From the NCBI GenBank assembly GCA_036003705.1, contig DASYSE010000102.1, positions 4,965 through 68,964 on the forward strand: a stretch of 64,000 bases of DNA, in the 5' to 3' direction. This document shows, one piece after another, positions 56,386-64,000 of this stretch. Numbering within the stretch: the first letter of the stretch is position 1; each line of letters opens with the position of its first letter. The position numbers and the translations under genes are program-made. Source of the DNA: Actinomycetes bacterium. GTDB lineage: Bacteria > Actinomycetota > CALGFH01. The notes under the pieces were generated by a model. The model was not told the DNA's origin. It saw only the letters and a list, made by a program, of their open reading frames with translations, and made no database searches.

Positions 56386-57435
56386 CTACCTGACCCTGGC
56401 GGGGTCGATTCGCGCGATGGTGGTGCCGCTGGCGGCCCACACCGACCCGGCGCCGACGGCGAGACCCCGGACGTCCCGCAGGTGTCTGGTCGAGATTGCG
56501 ACCGCGGCCCGGCCCGCGTCGGGGTGGAGGAGGGCCAGGGCCCCTTCGTAGCCTTGCACCACCCACACGCCGGCGTCGTCGACGGCTACCCGGGTGGCGC
56601 CGGCGACCGGGATCCTGGCCACCGTCCGGGCGGTGGCGGGGTCGATTCGCAGGACGGTCGAGTTCCCAGGGTCGGCCAGCCAGACGCCGCCGTGGCCGAT
56701 GGCGATGGCCTGCGCCCCGCCGATCGGGCCACCGGCGGGGATCACCGCCACGACCCGGTTGGTGGCCCGGTCGATCTGCTCGGCGCGGCCTTGCATGGTG
56801 GCAATCCACACGGCCCGCTCGTCGGCCGCCACGGCCAGGGGATCGCCGGTGACGGCGATGCGGGCAACGACCCGGTTGCGCGCCGGGTCGATCCGGAGCA
56901 GCTTGCTGTCCCGATACCTCCCGGGCGCCGCGTTGGCGCAACAGACCAGCCAGACGGCGTCGTCCTGGGCGGCGACCCCGATCGGCTCGTAGAGGGACGA
57001 GCCGGTGTCGACCTTGCCCACCACCCGGTTGCCCGCCGGGTCGATGCGCCACACCATCCCGGCGGTGGCCGCCACCCAGACCGCGCCGGCGCCGACCGCG
57101 ATCGCCCGCGCCTGGCGGCCGGACCGCGGCAGCTGGATGATGGCCACCACCCGGTTGGTGGCCGGGTCGACCCTCGACACCGTCCCGTTGGTGTTGGTCA
57201 CCCACAGCGACCCGGCGCCGAACGCCAACTGCAACGGGATCCCGGCCATGCCGATCTCCGCCACGACCGGGGACGCCGCCAGCGTCCTGGTGCTCGGTTG
57301 GACGGTCGGCGGGGCCGGCTCCCGGGTGGCCGCCGGGGGCAGGCTGCCGGCGGTGACCCGCCCCACCGCGACCAGGGCGACCAGCAGCAGCCCGGCCGCC
57401 AGGGCAGCCGGTGGTACCCGCCTCGGCGCCGCCAT
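56386..57435 (-). CDS. Secreted or membrane-anchored YVTN-family beta-propeller repeat protein
   Basis: N-terminal signal/TM (MAAPRRVPPAALAAGLLLVALVAV), then ~7 repeats of the form xRIDPATNRVVAxI...AVGxGAVWVA. The track's start at 57903 adds 155 aa with no RBS logic, so the ATG at 57435 is preferred. Confidence 0.6.
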   Translation of the reverse strand: MAAPRRVPPAALAAGLLLVALVAVGRVTAGSLPPAATREPAPPTVQPSTRTLAASPVVAEIGMAGIPLQLAFGAGSLWVTNTNGTVSRVDPATNRVVAIIQLPRSGRQARAIAVGAGAVWVAATAGMVWRIDPAGNRVVGKVDTGSSLYEPIGVAAQDDAVWLVCCANAAPGRYRDSKLLRIDPARNRVVARIAVTGDPLAVAADERAVWIATMQGRAEQIDRATNRVVAVIPAGGPIGGAQAIAIGHGGVWLADPGNSTVLRIDPATARTVARIPVAGATRVAVDDAGVWVVQGYEGALALLHPDAGRAAVAISTRHLRDVRGLAVGAGSVWAASGTTIARIDPARVR

Positions 57436-57688
57436 GTTGCGGCCATGATTCCCGAACCTCCCGCCATCATGCTCGGCCACCGATCCGCCAGGCCACCCGC
57501 CGTAGTTTCGTGCGCCGTGTTGCGGTACAGTCCAGCCGTTGCGACCTGGCCCGAAGCTGCGGTGGGACGTCCGTCTGATGGTGGCTTGGGTCGCGGACGT
57601 TGGCTTTGCATCGGTCGACAGTCCCCGGGCGGTCGATGTCGTGAGGACCTCCGGGGCTAGCGACAGCAACGGGAAGGGAGGCAGTACC

Positions 57689-58909
57689 TTGAAGGCAGGC
57701 CACAGGCTCCTTCGTCTGGTCGCCGTGCTCGGGATCCTGGTCCTCCTGGCTGCGGGCTGCAGCCGGGAGAAGGAGTCGCCCTCCGCCGGCGGCGGCGGGA
57801 GCAAGACCGTGAAGATCGGCTTCGTGGGGCCGCTCACGGGGTCGCTGGCATCGCTCGGCCTCGGCATGAAGAACTCGATCGACCTGGCCGTCAAGCAGGC
57901 CAACGAGGCGAAGAAGATCGAGGGCTGGACGATCGTGTTTGATCCTCAGGACGACGCCGGAAAGCCCGAGACCGGCGCCAACGCCGCCAACAAGCTGGCC
58001 TCCGACCCCCAGATGGCCGGGGTGATCGGGACCCTGCAGTCCTCGATCTCCCAGCAGGTCGCTCCGGTGCTCTCGCGGGCCAACATCGCCCAGATCTCAC
58101 CCGCCAACACCAATGACACCCTGACCAGGGGCACCGACTTCGCGACCAGCCCGAAGCGGGTCTGGCCCACCTACTTCCGCCTGGCGACGCTCGACTCGCT
58201 CCAGGGCCCGTTCGCCGCGGACTACGCCTACAACCAGGCGGGCTTCAAGTCGGTGGCGACCGTCCACGACAAGCTGACCTACGGCCAGGGGCTGGTGTCG
58301 ACCTTCACCGGGCAGTGGAAGAAGGACGGCGGCACGGTCACCTCGGCCAACACCATCGCCGAGGGCGACCGCGACTTCGGCGCCCTGGTGACCAAGATCG
58401 TCAACGAGAAGCCGGACTTCGTGTACTACGGCGGCCAGTTCCCCGAGGCCGCCCCGCTGTCGGCCCAGCTCAAGGACCGCGGCTTCAAGGGTCCGGTGAT
58501 GGGCGGCGACGGCATGCAGGCTGACGACTTCATCAAGGGCGGCGGCTCCGACGGCGACCTCGGCACCCAGGTCGGCGCGCCGGTGGCCAAGCTGCCCGAA
58601 GCCGCCACCTTCACCAGCGCCTACGACGGCGGCGGGTACAAGGAGGAGTCGGGACCGTACGGGGCGCTCACCTACGACTCCGCCAACGTGCTGATCAACG
58701 CGCTGGCCACCGCGCTGCCCGGAAAGGACAGCGTCGAGGCGGCCAGACCGGATATCGTGAAGGCGGTGCAGGACACGAAGGACTTCAAGGGCATCACCGG
58801 AACCCATGGGTTCGATGAGTTCGGGGACACCTCGAACAAGGTCCTGACCGTCTACAAGGTTGAAGGCAAGAAGTGGAAGGATGCGTTCACGGGCCAGTTC
58901 GAGGGCTGA
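57689..58909 (+). CDS. livK: Branched-chain amino acid ABC transporter substrate-binding lipoprotein (LivK/LivJ family)
   Basis: TTG start after GGGAAGGGAGG RBS. Lipobox LLAAGCS. Periplasmic-binding-protein type I fold motifs (KIGFVGPLTGSLASLG, AGVIGTLQSSIS). Confidence 0.8.
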   Translation: MKAGHRLLRLVAVLGILVLLAAGCSREKESPSAGGGGSKTVKIGFVGPLTGSLASLGLGMKNSIDLAVKQANEAKKIEGWTIVFDPQDDAGKPETGANAANKLASDPQMAGVIGTLQSSISQQVAPVLSRANIAQISPANTNDTLTRGTDFATSPKRVWPTYFRLATLDSLQGPFAADYAYNQAGFKSVATVHDKLTYGQGLVSTFTGQWKKDGGTVTSANTIAEGDRDFGALVTKIVNEKPDFVYYGGQFPEAAPLSAQLKDRGFKGPVMGGDGMQADDFIKGGGSDGDLGTQVGAPVAKLPEAATFTSAYDGGGYKEESGPYGALTYDSANVLINALATALPGKDSVEAARPDIVKAVQDTKDFKGITGTHGFDEFGDTSNKVLTVYKVEGKKWKDAFTGQFEG

Positions 58910-58936
58910 CCGCGGTCGCTCCTAGCAGCATCGTAG

Positions 58937-58990
58937 CCGGGTGAGGGGGTTTGGCAGGCGGTCAGCGGCCGGCGTCGGCCCCCTCACCGG
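58937..58990 (+). promoter_or_regulatory. Long GC-rich stem-loop in the livK-livH intergenic region (candidate intercistronic processing or stabiliser/attenuator element)
   Basis: CCGGGUGAGGGGG ... CCCCCUCACCGG forms a 12-bp stem with a 29-nt loop. Confidence 0.5.
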
Positions 58991-59038
58991 ACTCGTGGCA
59001 CAAGGCTCAGGACCATTGGCGCGAACCGTGGAGTCCAA

Positions 59039-59941
59039 GTGGACGAACTCATCCAGCAGCTCGCCAACGGGATCACCAAGGGCTCGTACTACGCCCTGAT
59101 CGCCCTCGGCTACACGATGGTCTACGGCATCATCCAGCTCATCAACTTCGCCCATGGCGAGGTCTTCATGCTGGGTGCCTTCATCGGGCTGTGGACCTTC
59201 AACTTCGGGGCGTCGGCCTTCGGCTGGGGCTCGGGCTCCCTGGTCGCCCTGTTCCTCGTCCTGCTCGCCGCCATCCTGCTGACGCCGCTGGTCGGGCTCG
59301 GACTCGAGCGGTTCGCCTACCGGCCGCTGCGCAACGCGCCTCGGCTGGCGCCGCTGATCACCGCCCTCGGGGCGAGCTTCGCCCTCCAGCAGCTGGTGGC
59401 CGTCTTCTATACGAGAGGCTTCCCCGCCTATCCCAAGCTGTTCCCCGACGGCTCCATCATGATCGCCGGCGCCCAGATCAAGTACCTCTGGATCTTCATG
59501 GTCGGCCTGGCGCTGCTGCTCATGCTCGGGCTCGCCGCCTTCATCCGCACGACCCGGATGGGCAAGGCGATGCGGGCGACGGCCGAGGACCGCGACACCG
59601 CCCGCCTCATGGGCATCAACGTCGACATGACGATCGCGCTGACCTTCATCATCGGGTCGGCGCTGGCCGGCGTCGGCGGGGTGCTCGCCGGCCTGTACCT
59701 GGGCCAGGTCAACTTCTTCATGGGCTTCATCGCCGGCCTGAAGGCGTTCACCGCCGCGGTGCTCGGCGGTATCGGCAACATCGCCGGCGCCGTGCTCGGG
59801 GCGTTCCTGCTCGGCATCCTCGAGACGTTCGGCGCCCGGTACCTCGGGGGACAGTGGCAGAACGTGTTCGCCTTCGCGATCCTGATCCTCGTCCTGGTGT
59901 TCCGCCCGACCGGGCTGCTGGGTGAGAAGGTCGGTGCCTGA
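59039..59941 (+). CDS. livH: Branched-chain amino acid ABC transporter permease LivH
   Basis: LANGITKGSYYALIALGYTMVYGIIQLINFAHGEVFMLGAF is the typical LivH start, with 8-9 TM segments. Confidence 0.85.
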   Translation: MDELIQQLANGITKGSYYALIALGYTMVYGIIQLINFAHGEVFMLGAFIGLWTFNFGASAFGWGSGSLVALFLVLLAAILLTPLVGLGLERFAYRPLRNAPRLAPLITALGASFALQQLVAVFYTRGFPAYPKLFPDGSIMIAGAQIKYLWIFMVGLALLLMLGLAAFIRTTRMGKAMRATAEDRDTARLMGINVDMTIALTFIIGSALAGVGGVLAGLYLGQVNFFMGFIAGLKAFTAAVLGGIGNIAGAVLGAFLLGILETFGARYLGGQWQNVFAFAILILVLVFRPTGLLGEKVGA

Positions 59942-61677
59942 TGACCACCACGGCAGCGTCGCAGGAGGCATCGGCTGGCGGCGCCTTGGCGCGCATCTGG
60001 TCCCGGGTCCGCCTGCCGCTGGTGGCCGCTCCCGCCGGCGGGATCGTCGCCGTCGCCGGGGCCTACCTGTTCTGGACGCTGCGGACGATCCAGGTCCGCG
60101 GCGTGCCGGTCGCCGGCGACCTGCGAAACTTCGGGTTCGGCGGGGTGCGGCTGTATGCGCTGCTGCTCGGGCTGGTGGCGATCGTGCAGGGTGCCCTGCT
60201 GCTCAGCCGGCCCAGCCTGCGGAACAGGGCGCAGGCGACCGCGCTCGGGCGCCTCGGCCTCGGCCTGGCCGCCGTCCCGATCGCCTGGATGTTCGTGCTG
60301 GTCGCCTTCAACGAGGTCCCGATGGCCGACATCGGACCTGGCGCGTGGGTCACGCTGGCCGGGGGCGTGCTGGTCTGGCTGAGTGCCCGGGGCCTGGTCG
60401 ACGCTCCGGCGGGACCCGTTCAGGGGGAGTGGCCGCGGCGATCGCTCCTGGCGGACGTCGGGGTCCTGCTGGTCGCCGAGGTGGCCGCGTTCCTGGTGTT
60501 CCTGCATGGTGTCGAGGTCGATGACCCCAGCGCCTTCCTCGGGTACTTCGTGGCCCTGGTTGGCCTGTCCTCGGCCCTGGCCAGCCTGGGGGTGTTCAAG
60601 GGGCTGGCCGGCCCGCTGCACCGGGTACGGCTCGTCGCGATCCTCATCATGGTGGCCCTGCTTCTGCTCTTCCCGCTGACCCAGTCGGGCAACACCTTCT
60701 GGGTGCGCGTCGCGGCGCAGGCCGGAGTGCTGGTCATCGCCGCCCTCGGGCTGAACATCGTGGTCGGCTCGGCCGGCCTGCTCGACCTCGGTTACGTCGC
60801 CTTCGTCGCCATCGGGGCCTATACGGCCGCCCTCACCGGGGAGGCGGCGCTCACCAGCCAGTTCGGGAACTCGCTCCCGCACATCCCGTTCCTGCTGGTG
60901 CTCTTCTTTGTCGCCCCGCTGGTGGCGGCGCTGTTCGGTGTGATGCTGGGCGCGCCGACGCTGCGTCTGCGCGGCGACTACCTGGCCATCGTCACCCTCG
61001 GCTTCGGCGAGATCGTGCGCATCACCTTCAACAACATCGACCCGGTGACGCGCGGCCCCAACGGCATCGCCTCGATCGGGGACCCGGGCCTCGGAGGCTG
61101 GAACATGTCCCAGGGCCTGTCCTTGGGCGGCACGTCGGTGACCGGCACCGCCGTCTATTTCTACCTGTGCCTTGGCATCATCGGGCTGGTGCTCGCCGTC
61201 ATCTACCGGATGAGCGCGTCGAGGATCGGGCGTGCCTGGATCGCGATCCGGGAGGACGAGGTCGCCGCGGCGGCGATGGGCATCAACACCACGCTGACCA
61301 AGCTGCTGGCCTTCGGCGCGGGTGCGTTCTTCGCCGGCATGGCGGGCACGGTCCTGGCCCACCTCGGAACCCAGGTGTCGCCCGACTCCTACACCTTCGA
61401 GATCTCGGTCCTGATCCTGGCCATGGTGGTGCTCGGCGGTATCGGGAACCCACCGGGCGTCGTGCTGGGGGCCATCATCCTCACGTTCCTGCCCGAGAAG
61501 CTGCGTGATTTCTCGGATATCCGCTTCCTGATCTTCGGCATCGCCCTGGTCCTGATCATGCGGTTCCGGCCGGAGGGGCTGCTGCCGTCGGCGCGCCGCC
61601 GCCGCGAGCTGCATGCCTCCGCCGACGAGGCGGCGGCCGAGGATCAACAGCTGTTCGACGTGAGGGCGGGCGCGTGA
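59941..61677 (+). CDS. livM: Branched-chain amino acid ABC transporter permease LivM, with a ~260-aa extra N-terminal polytopic region
   Basis: The conserved LivM core starts near aa 265 (LNIVVGSAGLLDLGYVAFVAIGAYTAAL). It is preceded by ~8 additional hydrophobic helices. Confidence 0.85.
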   Translation: MTTTAASQEASAGGALARIWSRVRLPLVAAPAGGIVAVAGAYLFWTLRTIQVRGVPVAGDLRNFGFGGVRLYALLLGLVAIVQGALLLSRPSLRNRAQATALGRLGLGLAAVPIAWMFVLVAFNEVPMADIGPGAWVTLAGGVLVWLSARGLVDAPAGPVQGEWPRRSLLADVGVLLVAEVAAFLVFLHGVEVDDPSAFLGYFVALVGLSSALASLGVFKGLAGPLHRVRLVAILIMVALLLLFPLTQSGNTFWVRVAAQAGVLVIAALGLNIVVGSAGLLDLGYVAFVAIGAYTAALTGEAALTSQFGNSLPHIPFLLVLFFVAPLVAALFGVMLGAPTLRLRGDYLAIVTLGFGEIVRITFNNIDPVTRGPNGIASIGDPGLGGWNMSQGLSLGGTSVTGTAVYFYLCLGIIGLVLAVIYRMSASRIGRAWIAIREDEVAAAAMGINTTLTKLLAFGAGAFFAGMAGTVLAHLGTQVSPDSYTFEISVLILAMVVLGGIGNPPGVVLGAIILTFLPEKLRDFSDIRFLIFGIALVLIMRFRPEGLLPSARRRRELHASADEAAAEDQQLFDVRAGA

Positions 61678-62477
61678 CCGCCGGCACCCCGGCCGCCGCC
61701 GGGCACGGCAACGGCGCCCTGCTGGAGGCCCGCAAGGTCACCCGCCGGTTCGGCGGTCTGGTCGCCGTGAAGGAGGTCGATCTGCGCGTCGACAAGGGCC
61801 AGATCGTCGGGTTGATCGGTCCCAACGGCGCCGGCAAGACCACCTTCTTCAACTGCATCACCGGCATCTACGCGCCGAGCGAGGGCGATGTGCTGTTCGA
61901 GGGGGAGCGCATCAACGGCCAGCCGCCCAACCGCATCACCGCCCGGGGCATCGCCCGCACGTTCCAGAATCTTCGCCTGTTCGGCAACATGACCGCCCTC
62001 GAGAACGTCCTCGTCGGGCGGCACTGCCGCACCCGGGAAGGCCTGCTGACCGCCATCCTGCGCACCCCGAAGTTCCGGCGCGAGGAGCAGGAGAGCCGCG
62101 ACCGCGCGATGGAGCTGCTGCAGTTCGTCGGCCTTGCCGGCAAGGAGGAAGAGCTGGCCCACAACCTGCCCTACGGCGACATGCGCCGGCTCGAGATTGC
62201 CCGGGCGCTGGCCACCGAGCCCAAGCTCGTGCTGCTCGACGAGCCCACCGCCGGGATGAACCCGCAGGAGACGGCCAGGGCGGCCGAGCTGGTCGAGCGG
62301 ACGCGCTCCCAGGGCCTGGCCATCGTGGTGATCGAGCACGACATGAAGTTCCTGATGCGTATCTCCGACCGCGTGACCGTCCTCGACCATGGCGAGAGGC
62401 TCGCCGAGGGCCGGCCCCAGGAGGTCCAGCGGGACCCGAAGGTCATCGAGGCCTATCTCGGGAAGGCGGCGTCGTAG
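61674..62477 (+). CDS. livG: Branched-chain amino acid ABC transporter ATP-binding protein LivG
   Basis: Walker A GPNGAGKTT, signature LPYGDMRRLEIARAL, Walker B LVLLDEPTAGM. Confidence 0.9.
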   Translation: MTAGTPAAAGHGNGALLEARKVTRRFGGLVAVKEVDLRVDKGQIVGLIGPNGAGKTTFFNCITGIYAPSEGDVLFEGERINGQPPNRITARGIARTFQNLRLFGNMTALENVLVGRHCRTREGLLTAILRTPKFRREEQESRDRAMELLQFVGLAGKEEELAHNLPYGDMRRLEIARALATEPKLVLLDEPTAGMNPQETARAAELVERTRSQGLAIVVIEHDMKFLMRISDRVTVLDHGERLAEGRPQEVQRDPKVIEAYLGKAAS

Positions 62478-63194
<717 letters not shown>

Positions 63195-63435
63195 CAGCGG
63201 GCGAGGGCGCAACGCCGGATGCCGACCGCTGTCCTGGGAGCTGTCCGGCGAGGACCCGAGAGCCTTTGGCTCCGTTCGCGCACCTTCCCCGAGTGCGCGC
63301 GTTCTCTACTCGGTCCTCGGACCCTCGCGCCGGACGGACCTCGGGGTCCCCGTGGGGACCCCGATTGGGGGCACGCTAACAGCCGGCCGGGTGGAGGGTC
63401 AACCGCGCCAATCCCTTGTGCCGCAACGGTTCCAG

Positions 63436-63464
63436 CATCGTTGCAGGTGGCACCTGCAACGATG
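63436..63464 (+). promoter_or_regulatory. Perfect 29-bp palindrome (14-bp arms), a candidate operator, in the structured intergenic region between livF and the downstream anti-sigma-factor-like gene
   Basis: CATCGTTGCAGGTG-G-CACCTGCAACGATG. Also nearby are CGGGGTCCCC-GT-GGGGACCCCG (63341-63362) and GCGCAC-N9-GTGCGC (63286-63306). Confidence 0.4.
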
Positions 63465-63658
63465 GATCCTGGCCGTCGCGGCGGTTTCCCCCCACCTAGC
63501 TCACCTGGGTGATGTCCGGGCCGCACGGTACCTAGTCCACTCCGCAGGCTTCCCGATCCGGACGAGATCCTCGCGATCCACGGTTTGAGGCTGTCGGCGG
63601 GCGGGGTAGGAGTGGACCGTCCCGACCAGAGCATCTCCCATGATCCACGGCGGACTCG

Positions 63659-64000
63659 GTGAACCTGACCCTCCCACCAGCGTCCAGCTGCCTTCCCGAC
63701 GTCCGGCGCACGGTCGCCCGGGCCCTCTCGGGTGTGGACGACGACGTGGTCGCCGACGTGCTCCTGGCCCTGGACGAGGCGATCAGCAATGCCATCCGCC
63801 ACGGCTCCCGCGCGGGCGGGCGGGTGCTGGTGTCGCTGGAGCGCGACGGGGAGTGGATCGAGATGACGATCCGCGATGGCGGGCCGACCCCCCGCCTGCC
63901 CCGCCTGCCGGCTGCGGCGCCGCCGGCCCTCGACACCGGCGGCCGCGGGCTCTGGCTGATCCTGCAGCTGGTCGACGAGGTACGCCTGCGGCGGGTGGGG
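63659..64000 (+). CDS. Anti-sigma regulatory factor-like protein (HATPase_c, RsbW/SpoIIAB-type Ser kinase), 3'-partial
   Basis: VADVLLALDEAISNAIRHGS...RVLVSLERDGEWIEMTIRDGGPTP...DTGGRGLWLILQLVDEVRL is the typical anti-sigma factor / partner-switching kinase fold. The frame is open to the window end. Confidence 0.6.
   Translation, partial: MNLTLPPASSCLPDVRRTVARALSGVDDDVVADVLLALDEAISNAIRHGSRAGGRVLVSLERDGEWIEMTIRDGGPTPRLPRLPAAAPPALDTGGRGLWLILQLVDEVRLRRVG

Noticed and set aside
55400-56400. Integrated mobile element at tRNA-Leu
   Set aside because: No integrase, recombinase or excisionase, and no direct repeat of the tRNA 3' end. The atypical ORF lies on the 5' (promoter) side of the tRNA. Only the compositional anomaly is reported, as a finding.

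Overview
High-GC (~70%+ by eye) Actinomycetota-like chromosomal segment, almost entirely conserved housekeeping operons with a few local oddities. Gene order, strand by strand: (i) + strand 1.6-22.1 kb, a complete division/cell-wall (dcw) cluster mraZ-rsmH-ftsL-ftsI-murE-murF-mraY-murD-ftsW-murG-murC-murB-ftsQ-ftsZ-yfiH(pgeF)-ylmE(yggS)-sepF-yggT-divIVA, preceded by a promoter carrying MraZ-box-like AAGTGG direct repeats. (ii) - strand, ileS (type-2 IleRS) with an upstream T-box leader that has an AUC specifier, followed downstream by two small translationally coupled ORFs, one with an HExxH motif. (iii) + strand, dksA/traR-like, lspA, rluD-like, dnaE. (iv) a Lon-N-domain gene on -, then hisD-hisC-hisB-hisH-hisA(priA-type)-hisF on +. 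(v) a 1621-aa NAD-specific glutamate dehydrogenase on -, inserted between hisF and hisI. (vi) hisI-trpE-trpX(membrane), then an embedded OmpR-type response regulator + histidine kinase, then trpC-trpB2-trpB-trpA. (vii) a glyoxalase/VOC gene fragment, a prolyl oligopeptidase (-), tRNA-Leu(CAA) (-), and an atypical-composition HTH + double LAGLIDADG-like ORF. (viii) a secreted YVTN beta-propeller protein (-). (ix) a livKHMGF branched-chain amino-acid ABC transporter. (x) the 5' part of an anti-sigma-factor-like (HATPase) gene. I found no CRISPR array, IS element or integrase. The large ORFs on the opposite strand, or in alternative frames, of recognisable genes are treated as GC-driven shadow ORFs. 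Most unusual by sequence: several short tandem duplications (33, 40, 57, 57 and 68 bp), three of them in-frame in N-terminal coding regions; a two-component system and a TrpB2 paralog embedded in the trp cluster; the HExxH ORF coupled to T-box-controlled ileS; and the low-GC HTH/LAGLIDADG-like ORF beside tRNA-Leu. All functional calls come from motif recognition by eye, without database searches.
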